From a bacterium (GTDB lineage: Bacteria; JAMCPX01): 63,607 bases of DNA. Location: contig JBBIVV010000009.1 in NCBI GenBank assembly GCA_037439545.1, forward strand, positions 1 to 63,607. Reading direction: 5' to 3'. Every line of letters starts with the position of its first letter. Positions within the stretch are counted from its first letter, which is position 1. Under the pieces are notes generated by a model. That model saw nothing but the letters and a program-made list of their open reading frames with translations, was not told the origin of the DNA and did not search any database. This document shows positions 33,280-44,754 of the stretch, in pieces. Made by a program: the position numbers and the translations under genes.

Positions 33280-34116
33280 ATGGGCATAAAATATTATAAA
33301 CCTACTTCACCGGGAAGGCGGTTCTTTCAGGGTCTCACTTTTGAAGAGCTGACAACCGGTAAACCGGAAAGGTCCCTCCTGGCACCACTTAAAAAACATG
33401 GCGGCAGAAATAATGTCGGCAGGATCACGGCAAGGTTCAGGGGCGGCGGACATAAACAGATGTACAGGATTATAGATTTCAAGAGAGACAAGCACGATGT
33501 ACCGGGACAAGTGGCATCTATAGAATATGATCCTGTACGTACGGCATTTATAGCTCTGCTTAAATATGCTGACGGAGAGAAAAGATACATACTTGCACCG
33601 AACGGTTTGAAAGTGAATGATAAGGTTATGTCAAGCAGAACATCAGAACTTGATATATTAACAGGGTATGCGATGCCGCTTAAATTTATACCGGCTGGCA
33701 GCAATATACACAATATAGAGTTAAAGTCTGGCGAGGGTGGTAAAATTGTAAGGAGTGCAGGTGCAGTGGCGCAGCTTATGGCAAAGGAAGGCGACTACGG
33801 ACATGTCAAGCTCCCCTCCGGCGAAGTAAGGCTTATAAGACTCGAGTGTATGGCAACCATTGGTCAGTTAAGCAATATAGACAACATAAACATATCCATA
33901 GGTAAGGCCGGCAGGGTACGATGGAGAGGACGTAAACCCCATAACAGAGGCGTGTCCATGAACCCTGTAGATCATCCGCACGGAGGAGGAGAAGGTAAGG
34001 CAGGTCAGGGCAACCCGCACCCTGTTTCTCCAACAGGAGTGCCGGCAAAGGGCTTTAAGACAAGAAGACCTAAGTATTCAGATAAATTTATAGTGAAGTC
34101 AAGGCATAAAAAGTGA
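33280..34116 (+). CDS. rplB: 50S ribosomal protein L2
   Basis: [13 protein letters not shown]. Confidence 0.99.
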   Translation: MGIKYYKPTSPGRRFFQGLTFEELTTGKPERSLLAPLKKHGGRNNVGRITARFRGGGHKQMYRIIDFKRDKHDVPGQVASIEYDPVRTAFIALLKYADGEKRYILAPNGLKVNDKVMSSRTSELDILTGYAMPLKFIPAGSNIHNIELKSGEGGKIVRSAGAVAQLMAKEGDYGHVKLPSGEVRLIRLECMATIGQLSNIDNINISIGKAGRVRWRGRKPHNRGVSMNPVDHPHGGGEGKAGQGNPHPVSPTGVPAKGFKTRRPKYSDKFIVKSRHKK

Positions 34117-34141
34117 TAATCAAAAACAATAGGGGAATATA

Positions 34142-34438
34142 ATGGCACGATCATTAAAGAAGGGTCCGTTTATTGATGAATCATTGTCCAAGAAGATAGA
34201 GCAGATGAGCGGCAAGAAGGACAAAAGACTGATAAAGACATGGTCGCGGCGGTCCGTTATATCGCCGGAGATGGTAAGTCTGACAATTGCCGTACACAAT
34301 GGCAGGAAGTTTATTCCTGTCTATATTACAGAAAACATGGTTGGGCATAAACTCGGTGAGTTTTCTCCAACAAGAACATTTGTTATGCATTCTGGAGATA
34401 GAAAAGCAGGCAAAGAAGAAACCGCAAAGAAAGAATAG
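34142..34438 (+). CDS. rpsS: 30S ribosomal protein S19
   Basis: [21 protein letters not shown]. Confidence 0.99.
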   Translation: MARSLKKGPFIDESLSKKIEQMSGKKDKRLIKTWSRRSVISPEMVSLTIAVHNGRKFIPVYITENMVGHKLGEFSPTRTFVMHSGDRKAGKEETAKKE

Positions 34439-34473
34439 TTAGAAAAAGGAATAGAAAAAGGAACGGATAAATT

Positions 34474-34806
34474 ATGGAGATAAAGGCTTCAATAAAATTT
34501 TTAAGATTAGCGCCGAGAAAGGCTCAAATTGTTGCAGCGCTTGTGAGAGGGCAGAATGTCAATGCAGCCCTTGCACTCTTAAAGTTCGTTAATAAGTCAG
34601 CTTCACTGTATATAATAAAACTGATAAAATCCGCCGTTGCAAATGCTGAGACAAAAGGAACAGTCGATATAGATAATCTTTATGTAAAATTTATAAATGT
34701 GACCGCGGGACCTACGATGAAACGTTTCAGGGCAGCACCGATGGGCAGGCCTGCAAAAATAAGAAAACGCATGTGCCATATTAATTTAATTCTTGATGAA
34801 AAATAA
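34474..34806 (+). CDS. rplV: 50S ribosomal protein L22
   Basis: APRKA, KSAVANA, GPTMKR. Confidence 0.97.
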   Translation: MEIKASIKFLRLAPRKAQIVAALVRGQNVNAALALLKFVNKSASLYIIKLIKSAVANAETKGTVDIDNLYVKFINVTAGPTMKRFRAAPMGRPAKIRKRMCHINLILDEK

Positions 34807-34818
34807 AGGAGAGTAATT

Positions 34819-35487
34819 TTGGGACAAAAAACAAATCCGATAGGATTTAGAATAGGAATAATAAAAAACTGGAACTCAAGATGGTTTGCAGAAAAAGATT
34901 ATGCAACTGCCCTTCATGAGGATTATAGAATAAGAACATTTCTGAAGAAAAAATTATACCACGCAGCAGTATCGAATATTATCATCGAACGCGCTGTTAA
35001 TAAGATTAAGGTAAACATTCACAGTGCAAGGGTTGGTTTGATAATAGGGAAAAAGGGCGTTGAGATAGAAGCACTGAAAACCGAATTATCAAAGATGCTG
35101 TCGGGAAGAGAAATTTCTATAAATATTTTTGAGATAAGAAAACCGGAACTCGATGCCCAGCTTGTCGCGGAAAATATAGCACTACAGCTCGTCAGACGGA
35201 TTTCCTACAGGCGTGCAATGAAAAAAGCTATTAGCTCGTCACAGAAATTCGGAGCAAAAGGCATAAAGGTTATGATAGCCGGCAGGCTTGCAGGAGCTGA
35301 AATTGCCCGGACAGAATGGTATAGAGAGGGCAGGGTACCACTTCAAATGCTCAGGGCCGATATAGATTACGGACTGGCGGAGGCTTTTACGACCTATGGC
35401 GTTATAGGTATAAAAGTGTGGATATTTAAGGGAGAGGTCCTTGATAAGACAGAAGAGCAGGATGCCCAAACCGGTGCCGTAGCTTAA
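34819..35487 (+). CDS. rpsC: 30S ribosomal protein S3 (TTG start)
   Basis: [26 protein letters not shown]. Confidence 0.99.
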   Translation: MGQKTNPIGFRIGIIKNWNSRWFAEKDYATALHEDYRIRTFLKKKLYHAAVSNIIIERAVNKIKVNIHSARVGLIIGKKGVEIEALKTELSKMLSGREISINIFEIRKPELDAQLVAENIALQLVRRISYRRAMKKAISSSQKFGAKGIKVMIAGRLAGAEIARTEWYREGRVPLQMLRADIDYGLAEAFTTYGVIGIKVWIFKGEVLDKTEEQDAQTGAVA

Positions 35488-35507
35488 TGAAATGAGGAGT
35501 ATGCGAT

Positions 35508-35924
35508 ATGTTGATGCCGAGTAAAGTTAAATACAGAAAGCAGCAGAGAGGAAGGATGAAGGGGTTGTCAAAAGCGGGCAACACCCTTGCATTCGGTGAT
35601 ATAGGGTTACAGGCTTTAGGCAGAGGATACATGAGTGCAAAACAGATCGAAGCAGCGAGAATAGCTATTGCAAGATTTATAAAAAAGACAGGCCGGGTGT
35701 GGATAAGGGTATTTCCTGACAAGCCTTATACAAAGAAACCGGCTGAAACAAGGATGGGTAAAGGTAAGGGAGATCCCATCGAATGGATAACAGTTGTGAA
35801 GCCGGGCAGGATACTTTATGAGATGGAAGGTATGGAGAAGGCGACGGCATATAAAGCTCTGAGAAGCGCAAGTTATAAACTGCCATTTGCAACAAGGATA
35901 GTAGAAAGGGAGGCAGTAAAATGA
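35508..35924 (+). CDS. rplP: 50S ribosomal protein L16
   Basis: [13 protein letters not shown]. Confidence 0.99.
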   Translation: MLMPSKVKYRKQQRGRMKGLSKAGNTLAFGDIGLQALGRGYMSAKQIEAARIAIARFIKKTGRVWIRVFPDKPYTKKPAETRMGKGKGDPIEWITVVKPGRILYEMEGMEKATAYKALRSASYKLPFATRIVEREAVK

Positions 35925-36124
35925 AGTCTTCAGAGATAAGGGGTTTTTTAGTTGATGAATTGAAAGACAGGATTAAAAATCTCAGGAAAGAATTGTTTAA
36001 TTTAAAGATGAAGGTGAAGACAGGACAACTGTCGGATTACAGAAGTTACAGATTTATAAAAAAAGATTTAGCAAAACATTTAACGATACTTGTAGAAAAG
36101 GAGAAGAGCATACATGCCAAATAA
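35921..36124 (+). CDS. rpmC: 50S ribosomal protein L29
   Basis: LRKELFNLK...TGQL; synteny. Confidence 0.95.
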   Translation: MKSSEIRGFLVDELKDRIKNLRKELFNLKMKVKTGQLSDYRSYRFIKKDLAKHLTILVEKEKSIHAK

Positions 36125-36404
36125 GAACAATCAACGGTCCTTTTCCATGATTGGTGTTGTGGGCAGCGATAAGATGGATAAAACGAGGGTCATAATCGTA
36201 GAGAAAATATTCAAACATACAAAGTATAACAAACCGGTAAAGAGAAAAGTCAAATATAAAGCACATGATGAGCAAAATCAGTCGCACAGGGGAGATAAGG
36301 TTGAGATAGTGCTTACAAAACCGATGAGCAGGGAAAAAAGATGGAGGATTTCAAGGATCATCGAGAAAGCTCCCGTGAGTCTTGAAAAAGAGGAGGCTGC
36401 ATGA
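36114..36404 (+). CDS. rpsQ: 30S ribosomal protein S17
   Basis: SDKMDKT, KYKAHDE, GDKVEI. Confidence 0.98.
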   Translation: MPNKNNQRSFSMIGVVGSDKMDKTRVIIVEKIFKHTKYNKPVKRKVKYKAHDEQNQSHRGDKVEIVLTKPMSREKRWRISRIIEKAPVSLEKEEAA

Positions 36405-36769
36405 TCCAGACAAGTACAAAACTTAATGTGGCCGACAACACCGGCGCGAGGATAGTCGCATGTATAAAAGTGCTGGGAGGCACGAGACGCAGATATGCAA
36501 GCATCGGAGATGTAATAGTTGTATCGGTAAAAGAAGCGACACCGACAGCGAAGGTAAAAAAAGGCGATGTGCTGAAAGCTGTTATCGTGAGAACAAAGAA
36601 AGAAGTGAGGCGTACCGATGGCAGTTATATACGGTTTGATACCAACTCGGTTGTTCTTCTCAACCCGCAGCTTGAGCCGATAGGAACCCGTATATTCGGG
36701 CCTGTTGCGAGAGAATTAAGGGCGAGAAAATTCATGAAGATTATTTCTTTAGCCCCAGAGGTATTATGA
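36401..36769 (+). CDS. rplN: 50S ribosomal protein L14
   Basis: [20 protein letters not shown]. Confidence 0.99.
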   Translation: MIQTSTKLNVADNTGARIVACIKVLGGTRRRYASIGDVIVVSVKEATPTAKVKKGDVLKAVIVRTKKEVRRTDGSYIRFDTNSVVLLNPQLEPIGTRIFGPVARELRARKFMKIISLAPEVL

Positions 36770-37095
36770 TGAAAAAAACGACACTCTACATAAAAAAAGG
36801 CGATATGGTCAAAGTAACGACAGGTAATGACCGCGGAAAGATCGGTAAGGTTATCGGTGTCAATGCCGGAGATGATACGGTAACGGTTGAAAAAGTCCAT
36901 GTTGCGAAGAAACATACAAGGCCGAGTAATACAAACCCCACCGGCGGGATAATTGAGAAAACGCTCCCTATATCTGTTTCAAATGTACTGCTGCTTTGCA
37001 AGAGCTGTAACAGGGGCGTAAGGATAGGGTTCAGATTTTTGGATGATGGAAGCAAAGTAAGATATTGCAAAAAATGTAATGAAGTTATTGGATAG
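36766..37095 (+). CDS. rplX: 50S ribosomal protein L24
   Basis: [23 protein letters not shown]; CxxC...CxxC. Confidence 0.97.
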   Translation: MMKKTTLYIKKGDMVKVTTGNDRGKIGKVIGVNAGDDTVTVEKVHVAKKHTRPSNTNPTGGIIEKTLPISVSNVLLLCKSCNRGVRIGFRFLDDGSKVRYCKKCNEVIG

Positions 37096-37105
37096 CGGTG
37101 AAAGA

Positions 37106-37645
37106 ATGGCGAGATTAAAAGAACTTTATAAAAAAACTGTAGCAAATAAATTGATGGAGCAATTCGGGTATAAGAACCGGTATCAGGTCCCTTCTCTTGT
37201 AAAAGTTGTAATAAACATGGGTATTGGCGCAGCAAAAGAGAATCCAAAGTTCATTGATACTGCGGTGATTGAACTTGGACAGATAACGGGTCAGAAGCCT
37301 GTGATAAAGAAGGCAAAAAAGTCCATATCGACATTTAAATTGAGAGAAGGTACACCTATCGGTGTTATGGTTACCTTACGGGGTAACATTATGTATGAAT
37401 TTGTCGACAGGTTTATAAATATAGCACTGCCAAGGGTGAGAGACTTTAAAGGTATATCATCCACGGGATTTGATGGAACGGGTAACTACACGCTTGGCCT
37501 CACGGAACAGATTGTATTCCCTGAAATAAGCTACGATAAGATAGATAAGGTAAAGGGTATGAATATTACTTTTGTTACCACAGCAAAAAAAGATAAAGAA
37601 GCAAGGGCTTTATTGGAATGGCTTGGAATGCCGTTTAATAAGTAA
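37106..37645 (+). CDS. rplE: 50S ribosomal protein L5
   Basis: [16 protein letters not shown]; ATG 37106. Confidence 0.99.
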   Translation: MARLKELYKKTVANKLMEQFGYKNRYQVPSLVKVVINMGIGAAKENPKFIDTAVIELGQITGQKPVIKKAKKSISTFKLREGTPIGVMVTLRGNIMYEFVDRFINIALPRVRDFKGISSTGFDGTGNYTLGLTEQIVFPEISYDKIDKVKGMNITFVTTAKKDKEARALLEWLGMPFNK

Positions 37646-37659
37646 TTGGAGGAAAACGA

Positions 37660-37845
37660 GTGGCAAAGAAATCCTTAATCGTAAAAACGAGTAAGCCAAA
37701 GAAATTCAAAGTAAGAGCTTACAACAGATGTCCCATTTGCGGGAGATCAAGAGGTTATATGGGAAAGTTCAATATGTGCAGAATATGTTTTAGAAAATTG
37801 GCACTCAGGGGTGACATCCCCGGTGTTACGAAGGCAAGCTGGTGA
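37660..37845 (+). CDS. rpsN: 30S ribosomal protein S14 (type Z, zinc)
   Basis: RCPICGR...CRICFR; 61 aa. Confidence 0.98.
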   Translation: MAKKSLIVKTSKPKKFKVRAYNRCPICGRSRGYMGKFNMCRICFRKLALRGDIPGVTKASW

Positions 37846-37855
37846 GGAAGATACT

Positions 37856-38254
37856 ATGAAGACTACAGATTCAATATCAGATTTATTGGTCGCAATAAAG
37901 AATGCTCAGCTCAGAAAGAAGAAAGACCTGTTTGTGCCGTTTTCCAATATGAACAGCGATATTCTCAGGGTGTTAAAGCAGGAAGGATTTATAGCGAATT
38001 ATGATGAGGCTACGGTTGAAGGCAGAAAAAAGCTCATGATAACCCTTCTTTACAGAAAAGACGGCATGCCCCATATACATGACATAAGAAGGCTGAGTAA
38101 ACCTAGTTTAAGAAAGTACAATGGATATAAACAGATTACAAAACAGAAAAATGATTACGGTATTACAATACTGTCCACACCGAAAGGCGTGATGTCCAAC
38201 AAAGAGGCGAGAAACTCTAAGGTTGGCGGTGAGCTACTGTGTGTAATATGGTGA
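37856..38254 (+). CDS. rpsH: 30S ribosomal protein S8
   Basis: DSISDLL.AIKNA, LSTPKGVM, VGGELLC; ATG 37856. Confidence 0.98.
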   Translation: MKTTDSISDLLVAIKNAQLRKKKDLFVPFSNMNSDILRVLKQEGFIANYDEATVEGRKKLMITLLYRKDGMPHIHDIRRLSKPSLRKYNGYKQITKQKNDYGITILSTPKGVMSNKEARNSKVGGELLCVIW

Positions 38255-38263
38255 GGAGGTATA

Positions 38264-38842
38264 ATGTCTAAACTTGCGAGAAAACCAATAATTTTTCCGG
38301 CAGGTATAACGGTGAAAGTAGAATCCAATGTTCTTAAGATAAAAGGTCCAAAGGGTACGCTTGAGAAGCCAGTACCGGAGAATATAGGTCTTGTAATAGC
38401 GAACAACAGCATTTTAGTTTCGAGGAAGAATGATGAGCAGTCTGTAAGGATGCTTCATGGTATGTACGCATCACTTATCAATAATATGATCAAGGGTGTT
38501 ACTGAAGGATTTAAAAAAGAATTAGAGGTAGTTGGTGTTGGTTATAAAGCTGACGTAAAAGATAAATCCCTTATTTTGAATGTCGGATTTACAACACCGG
38601 TAATTATAGCTATACCGGCCAATATAAATATAAAAATAGAAGACAAACAGACGAAGGTCGTTATAACAGGGATCGAAAATGACCGTGTTGGTTTATTAGC
38701 GGCAAAGATACGGTCAATAAAGCCTCCCGATTCATACAAGGGGAAAGGCATTAAATATGCAAATGAGCAGCTGAAACTGAAGCCCGGTAAATCTGCGGCC
38801 GGTGCGACAGGGGCTGGGACAGCCGCCGGCGGCGCCAAATAA
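38264..38842 (+). CDS. rplF: 50S ribosomal protein L6
   Basis: KGPKGTL, PPDSYKGKGIKY. Confidence 0.99.
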   Translation: MSKLARKPIIFPAGITVKVESNVLKIKGPKGTLEKPVPENIGLVIANNSILVSRKNDEQSVRMLHGMYASLINNMIKGVTEGFKKELEVVGVGYKADVKDKSLILNVGFTTPVIIAIPANINIKIEDKQTKVVITGIENDRVGLLAAKIRSIKPPDSYKGKGIKYANEQLKLKPGKSAAGATGAGTAAGGAK

Positions 38843-38864
38843 TGACTGAAAGAAGGATTTTTTT

Positions 38865-39233
38865 ATGATAAAGATTATAAGCAAAAATAAAAACAGGATG
38901 TTAAGGAAGCAGCGTGTGAAAGAAAGGATGCATGGCACGGAAGCGAAGCCAAGGCTTGTTGTATTCAAAAGCCTGAAAAACATATATGTGCAGTTGATAG
39001 ATGATGACAAACAGCAGACTATACTTTCGATGTCCACGTTGAATAAAGAATACTTCGGGAAATTGAAGAGTAAAAAAAATAAAGATGCAGCACAGAAGAT
39101 AGGTGAGATTGTTGCAGAGAAATCAATTGAAAAAGGCATAAAACGGGTTGTTTTTGATAGAAACGGTTATAAATATCATGGTAAGATAAAGCTCTTTGCA
39201 GATACTGCAAGACAAAAAGGGCTTATATTTTAA
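38865..39233 (+). CDS. rplR: 50S ribosomal protein L18
   Basis: [20 protein letters not shown]. Confidence 0.98.
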   Translation: MIKIISKNKNRMLRKQRVKERMHGTEAKPRLVVFKSLKNIYVQLIDDDKQQTILSMSTLNKEYFGKLKSKKNKDAAQKIGEIVAEKSIEKGIKRVVFDRNGYKYHGKIKLFADTARQKGLIF

Positions 39234-39241
39234 ATGGAGGT

Positions 39242-39760
39242 ATGATTTTGGTAGATTCAAATGCCAACGTAGAGTTTAAAGAACACATAATAAAGATAAA
39301 CAGGGTTGCCAAGGTTGTCAAAGGCGGCAAACGTTTCAGCTTCAGTACCCTTGTGGTAGTCGGAAATCATAAAGGACTTGTCGGGTTTGGACTTGGCAAG
39401 GCAAATGAGGTCCCCGATTCAATAAGGAAAGGCGTAGAAAAAGCTAAGAAAAACCTCATTAATGTACCTATCAAAAGCGGTACACTCCCGTATCATGTTA
39501 CCGGAAAGTTTGGAGCCGGACTGGTTTATCTTAAGCCTGCTCCGACGGGTGCAGGTATTATCGCAGGAGGTGCGGTAAGGGCCGTGCTTGAACTTGCAGG
39601 ATACAAGGATGTGGTCGCAAAGATATTAGGCTCGCACAATCCGCATAATGTATTAAAAGCAACCATGGACGCACTTGCCAATCTGCCGGAATTAAATAAT
39701 ATAAATAATCTTGAAGCAGGGGTCATTACGCTCAAAGACAGCCCTGAAGCAGCTCAATAA
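39242..39760 (+). CDS. rpsE: 30S ribosomal protein S5
   Basis: [27 protein letters not shown]. Confidence 0.99.
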   Translation: MILVDSNANVEFKEHIIKINRVAKVVKGGKRFSFSTLVVVGNHKGLVGFGLGKANEVPDSIRKGVEKAKKNLINVPIKSGTLPYHVTGKFGAGLVYLKPAPTGAGIIAGGAVRAVLELAGYKDVVAKILGSHNPHNVLKATMDALANLPELNNINNLEAGVITLKDSPEAAQ

Positions 39761-39780
39761 CAAAAGGGTGTGAGGAAGAG

Positions 39781-40227
39781 ATGAATCTATCTACATTAAA
39801 AAAGCCTAAAGGTATGACAACGGCAAGAAAAAGGATCGGCAGGGGGACTGGCTCCGGTCTCGGTAAAACGGCCGGCAAGGGTCATAAGGGACACAATGCA
39901 CGGTCAGGTGGCGGTGTATCGCCTGATTTTGAAGGTGGACAGATGCCTTTGACACGCCGTATGCCGAAGTATGGATTTGTAAATACAAAGCATGTCGAAT
40001 TTCAGGTCGTACATATTAAAACGCTGAACTCATTCTCTGAGAATGAAGAAATCACCATAGAGAAAATGGTGGAAAGGGGCATGATTAAGGGTAATAAGCC
40101 TGTGGTCGTTCTGAGTGACGGTGATATAAATAAGAAGCTGACAGTGTATGCAAATCGTTTTTCAAAAGAAGCGAAGCATAAGATCGAATCTGCAGGCGGT
40201 AAAGTAGAGGTAGTTTCAGTTGCTTGA
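39781..40227 (+). CDS. rplO: 50S ribosomal protein L15
   Basis: RIGRGTGSG, FEGGQMPL. Confidence 0.99.
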   Translation: MNLSTLKKPKGMTTARKRIGRGTGSGLGKTAGKGHKGHNARSGGGVSPDFEGGQMPLTRRMPKYGFVNTKHVEFQVVHIKTLNSFSENEEITIEKMVERGMIKGNKPVVVLSDGDINKKLTVYANRFSKEAKHKIESAGGKVEVVSVA

Positions 40228-41530
40228 TAATGTAGTAAATATACCCAAAATACCGGAACTCAGGAAGAGACTGCTGATCACTGTTCTTCTGCTCACCATA
40301 TATAGATTGGGAGTTGCTATTCCTACACCAGGTGTCAATGCCCATGCACTTACAGCATTTTTTTCACAGAACTCAGGAACATTGTTTGGGTTGTTCAATC
40401 TTTTTACCGGCGGTGCATTTGAGCATTTCTCAATAGTCACACTCGGCATAATGCCCTACATATCCGCAGCGATTATAATCGATCTTCTGACAGCTGTTTT
40501 TCCGTATCTTGAGAAGTTGAAGAAGGAAGGAGAACTCGGAAGGAAAAAGATCGTTCAATATACGAGGTATGGAACAGTCGTAATCAGTATTATACAGGGC
40601 TTTGTTATAAGTTATGGTCTTGAAAGCATGCATGCTCCGGGCGGTGCTTCCATAGTAATCAATCCAGGATTCTCGTTCAGGCTCCTGAGTGCCTTAACGC
40701 TGACAACAGGGACGATACTGCTTATGTGGCTTGGAGAAGAGATCACGGAAAGGGGCATAGGCAACGGCATATCGCTTATCATATACGCAGGTATAGTTGC
40801 AAGGATGCCGTCGGCAATATTCAATACCTTCAGGCTCGTAAAAAGCGGAGAAATGAATGTTTTAGTGCTCCTGTTCCTTGCAGTATTGATGGTGCTTGTC
40901 GTGGCTGTGATTATCTTTGTTGAGCTCGGCCAGAGAAAGATTCCTGTTCAGTATGCTCAGCGCATAGTGGGCAGGCGGATGTATGGCGGACAGGAAACTT
41001 TTCTTCCGCTCAAGGTCAATACATCGGGTGTTATACCGCCTATATTTGCGTCTTCACTCCTTATGGTCCCCGCCACAATAACAAGTATGTCAAATATACC
41101 ATGGCTTTCTTATATGCGCAGTTATCTGATGCCTGGTAATATGATCTATAATTTATTTTATGGCGTACTGATAATCTTTTTTACGTTCTTTTATACAGCA
41201 GTTACCTATAATCCCGTCGATGTTGCGGATAATCTGAAAAAATACGGCGGGTATGTTCCGGGCATAAGGCCGGGAAAGAGCACAGCGGATTACATAGACA
41301 GAATATTAACAAGAATTACCGTCGGGGGGGCACTCTATCTTACCGTGATATGCGTGTTGCCGACAATTCTTGTGAGCAAGTTCAATGTACCATTTTATTT
41401 TGGGGGGACTTCATTATTGATCGTCATAGGGGTTGCGCTTGATACAATAGCCCAGATCGAATCTCAGCTTATAATGAGAAATTATGATGGATTGATGAAA
41501 AACACTAAAATGAAAGGGAGAAGGTGGTAA
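40220..41530 (+). CDS. secY: Preprotein translocase subunit SecY
   Basis: LGIMPYISA, GIGNGISL, PGIRPG, FGGTSLLIV. Confidence 0.99.
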   Translation: MLDNVVNIPKIPELRKRLLITVLLLTIYRLGVAIPTPGVNAHALTAFFSQNSGTLFGLFNLFTGGAFEHFSIVTLGIMPYISAAIIIDLLTAVFPYLEKLKKEGELGRKKIVQYTRYGTVVISIIQGFVISYGLESMHAPGGASIVINPGFSFRLLSALTLTTGTILLMWLGEEITERGIGNGISLIIYAGIVARMPSAIFNTFRLVKSGEMNVLVLLFLAVLMVLVVAVIIFVELGQRKIPVQYAQRIVGRRMYGGQETFLPLKVNTSGVIPPIFASSLLMVPATITSMSNIPWLSYMRSYLMPGNMIYNLFYGVLIIFFTFFYTAVTYNPVDVADNLKKYGGYVPGIRPGKSTADYIDRILTRITVGGALYLTVICVLPTILVSKFNVPFYFGGTSLLIVIGVALDTIAQIESQLIMRNYDGLMKNTKMKGRRW

Positions 41531-41535
41531 TTACT

Positions 41536-42195
41536 ATGATAAGATTATTGTTGATTGGCCCCCCGGGGGCGGGTAAAGGTACACAGGCGACTATAATAAG
41601 CAAAAATTTAAGCATACCGCAGATAGCGACAGGTGATATGCTGAGGCAGGAAGTCAAGAATGCCACAGACCTGGGACTCCAGGCAAAAGGATTTATGGAT
41701 AAAGGAGAGCTCGTTCCAGATTCACTCGTTATAAACATGCTGGAAAAAAGGCTTAAAGAAAAGGATGCTCAAAAGGGATTTATTCTTGATGGATTTCCAA
41801 GGACAGTTGCACAGGCAGATGCTCTTGATAAGAAATTCAAAGAGCTTCATATAGACAAATTTGCAGTTATAGAGCTTAAAGTTGATGAAGACAGTCTGAT
41901 AAAGAGACTCTCCTCAAGACGTGTGTGCAGCAGTTGCGGTAAGATATACAACGTGATTACTGAGCCGCCGGTAAAGGATAATGTATGCAATGACTGCAAC
42001 AGCAGCCTTTACCAGAGGGACGATGACAAAGAAGCAACGATCAGGGAAAGATTCAGGGTATACAACAGCAAAACGGCTCCTTTGACAGAATATTACACAA
42101 AGAAAGGTATGCTGAAGACTGTCCATGCGGACGGCAGTATAGAAAGTATAAATAAGAATATTGTTTCCATTATCGACAAGGCGTTTAATGGTTAA
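41536..42195 (+). CDS. adk: Adenylate kinase (zinc-lid type)
   Basis: GPPGAGKGTQ, LDGFPRT, CSSC...CNDC, QRDDD. Confidence 0.98.
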   Translation: MIRLLLIGPPGAGKGTQATIISKNLSIPQIATGDMLRQEVKNATDLGLQAKGFMDKGELVPDSLVINMLEKRLKEKDAQKGFILDGFPRTVAQADALDKKFKELHIDKFAVIELKVDEDSLIKRLSSRRVCSSCGKIYNVITEPPVKDNVCNDCNSSLYQRDDDKEATIRERFRVYNSKTAPLTEYYTKKGMLKTVHADGSIESINKNIVSIIDKAFNG

Positions 42196-42940
42196 TGTAA
42201 AGACTACAGATGAGATAAAAAAGATTTCGGAAGCATCAAAGATTGTTGCAATTATACTTGATGAGCTTGCTGTAGATTTAAGACCGGGAATGAGTACGGG
42301 ACAGATCAATACAATGGCTGAAGAAAAACTGAAAAAATTTAATGCTAAACCGGCATTTAAGGGATACAGGGGGTATCCCGCAAGTATATGTGTATCAATT
42401 AACGATGAGATAGTTCATGGCATACCCTCATCAAACAGGTTTATAAAAGAAGGCGATATAGTGAGTCTTGATTTTGGAGCTCAACTGAATGGTTTTTTCG
42501 GAGATGCAGCCATCACGGTTCCTGTTCACAAGGTCAGTGAACTTGCCGGCAAACTTATGGAGATTACAAAAGAATCGCTTTATATCGGCGTCAAAGAAGC
42601 AAAAGCCGGCAACAGGCTGTATGATATATCAAATGCCATACAGAGCCATGTAGAGAACAACGGCTTTTCGGTCGTAAGGGATTTTGTCGGTCATGGTATC
42701 GGAAGGGCTCTTCATGAAGATCCACAGATACCGAATTTCGGACAGCGCGGCAAAGGTATAAAATTGGAAAGAGGCATGGTGTTTGCGTTAGAACCCATGG
42801 TAAACGCCGGTGATTACAGAATTAAAATGGATTCCGACGGCTGGACAGCAAGAACGTACGACGGTTCACTGTCAGCACACTTTGAACATACCGTTATGGT
42901 TGATTATGAACACGGTGTTGTGTTATCAGTGGTGAATTGA
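42188..42940 (+). CDS. map: Methionine aminopeptidase type I
   Basis: [28 protein letters not shown]. Confidence 0.98.
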   Translation: MVNVKTTDEIKKISEASKIVAIILDELAVDLRPGMSTGQINTMAEEKLKKFNAKPAFKGYRGYPASICVSINDEIVHGIPSSNRFIKEGDIVSLDFGAQLNGFFGDAAITVPVHKVSELAGKLMEITKESLYIGVKEAKAGNRLYDISNAIQSHVENNGFSVVRDFVGHGIGRALHEDPQIPNFGQRGKGIKLERGMVFALEPMVNAGDYRIKMDSDGWTARTYDGSLSAHFEHTVMVDYEHGVVLSVVN

Positions 42941-42941
42941 T

Positions 42942-43157
42942 ATGCCTAAAGAAGACGCAATTCTGGTAGAAGGAACGGTCCTTGAAACTCTTCCAAATGC
43001 AATGTTCAGGGTCGAGCTGGCAAACGGACATAAGGTGCTTGCACACATTTCAGGGAAGATGCGCATGCATTATATAAAGATTCTGGTGGGAGATAAAGTT
43101 ACCGTTGAGTTGTCCCCTTATGATCTGACGAAGGGAAGAATAGTTTATAGAAGTTGA
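42942..43157 (+). CDS. infA: Translation initiation factor IF-1
   Basis: [25 protein letters not shown]. Confidence 0.99.
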   Translation: MPKEDAILVEGTVLETLPNAMFRVELANGHKVLAHISGKMRMHYIKILVGDKVTVELSPYDLTKGRIVYRS

Positions 43158-43180
43158 TAATAGAATTTTGAGGAGGAGAT

Positions 43181-43294
43181 ATGAAGGTCCATGCATCGGT
43201 GAAAAAAAGATGTGTAAAATGCAAAATAATAAGAAGAAAAGGCGTAGTAAGGGTGATATGTGAGAACCCTAAACATAAACAAAGGCAGGGATAG
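43181..43294 (+). CDS. rpmJ: 50S ribosomal protein L36; absent from the ORF track
   Basis: [37 protein letters not shown]. Confidence 0.98.
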   Translation: MKVHASVKKRCVKCKIIRRKGVVRVICENPKHKQRQG

Positions 43295-43303
43295 GAGGTA
43301 TTT

Positions 43304-43690
43304 ATGGCGCGTATATCGGGGTTAGACCTACCTAAGAATAAAAATATATGGGTTGCTCTTACCTATATCTATGGTATAGGCAGATCTTTATCTACAGAAA
43401 TTCTTATGGAAGCGGGTATAGAGTACAGCAGGAAAGTGGGAGAATTAAAAGAAGATGAGCTGGCAATTATAAGAAGGATTATTGAGAACAAACATAAGGT
43501 CGGTGGCGACTTAAAGAAAGAAGAAAAGACAAATATAAAGAGGCTCATGGATACAAACAGCTACCGCGGGCTCCGTCACAAGAAAGGCCTTCCTGCACGT
43601 GGGCAAAGGACGCATACCAACGCCAGAACACGGAAGGGACCAAGAAGACAGACGGTCGGCGGTCTTCATAAGAAAGACTTAAAGAAATAG
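43304..43690 (+). CDS. rpsM: 30S ribosomal protein S13
   Basis: [22 protein letters not shown]. Confidence 0.99.
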   Translation: MARISGLDLPKNKNIWVALTYIYGIGRSLSTEILMEAGIEYSRKVGELKEDELAIIRRIIENKHKVGGDLKKEEKTNIKRLMDTNSYRGLRHKKGLPARGQRTHTNARTRKGPRRQTVGGLHKKDLKK

Positions 43691-43700
43691 GAGGTAAGCT

Positions 43701-44087
43701 TTGGCTGCACCAAGAAAAACTAAAAAAAAGATAAAAAGAATTGTAAGTTCGGGGATTGTACATATTCAATCTACCTTCAACAATACCATAGTAACAATCA
43801 CTGATAATGAGGGTAATGTAATCATATGGTCAAGTGCAGGAATAAAAGGATTCAAGGGTTCCAAGAAAGGTACACCTTTTGCAGCACAGCTTGCTGCTGA
43901 AGATGCAGCGAGAAAAGTTATGGACCTCGGCATGAAGAGTATAATTATATATGTTAAGGGGCCTGGAGCTGGAAGAGAATCCGCAATAAGGGCGATCCAG
44001 GGCACAGGCATAAAGATACTTGCCATCAAAGATGTTACACCGATACCGCACAATGGGTGCAGGCCGCCCAAGAAAAGAAGAGTTTAA
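43701..44087 (+). CDS. rpsK: 30S ribosomal protein S11
   Basis: [20 protein letters not shown]. Confidence 0.99.
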   Translation: MAAPRKTKKKIKRIVSSGIVHIQSTFNNTIVTITDNEGNVIIWSSAGIKGFKGSKKGTPFAAQLAAEDAARKVMDLGMKSIIIYVKGPGAGRESAIRAIQGTGIKILAIKDVTPIPHNGCRPPKKRRV

Positions 44088-44102
44088 GGATAGGAGGAAA
44101 TA

Positions 44103-44729
44103 GTGTCACGATATATTGAAGCATCATGTAAACTTTGCAGGAGAGAGGGAATTAAACTTTTCCTGAAGGGGGGCAGATGTTATGGTGAGAAATGTGCGAT
44201 AGAGCGGAGGAATTATCCACCGGGTTCGCACGGGCATAACAAAAATAAATTAACAGAATACGGCGTGCAGTTGAGAGAAAAACAAAAACTAAGACGCATA
44301 TACGGTTTAACGGAAAGACAGTTTGAACGGATATTTGTAGACGCAACAATTCATAAAGGCAGGACAGGTGATGCTTTACTCTCCATGCTTGAGAGAAGGC
44401 TTGACAATGTCGTTTATAACCTCGGTTTCGCTTCTTCGAGGTCCAGCGCAAGACAGCTTGTCAATCATGGCTCCGTGCTGGTTAACGGGAAGAAGGTCGA
44501 TATAGCTTCTTTCCTTGTAAAGATAGGTAATATTATTGAGCTCAAAGAGCGGACGAAGGCAAATGTGCATGTCCAGTCGTCATTCAGCACACGCACCAAG
44601 ACAGGTATACCGAAATGGCTTGAACTTGAGCAATCCACGATGAAGGCAACGGTAAAGGCACTGCCGGAAAAAGCAGATATCAATTTACCTGTTCAGGAAC
44701 AGCTTGTCGTTGAGTTATATTCTAAATAA
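44103..44729 (+). CDS. rpsD: 30S ribosomal protein S4
   Basis: CKLCRREG, QLREKQK, LERRLDNVV. Confidence 0.99.
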   Translation: MSRYIEASCKLCRREGIKLFLKGGRCYGEKCAIERRNYPPGSHGHNKNKLTEYGVQLREKQKLRRIYGLTERQFERIFVDATIHKGRTGDALLSMLERRLDNVVYNLGFASSRSSARQLVNHGSVLVNGKKVDIASFLVKIGNIIELKERTKANVHVQSSFSTRTKTGIPKWLELEQSTMKATVKALPEKADINLPVQEQLVVELYSK

Positions 44730-44754
44730 GAGCTTTTAAAATTTGGAGGGATAA

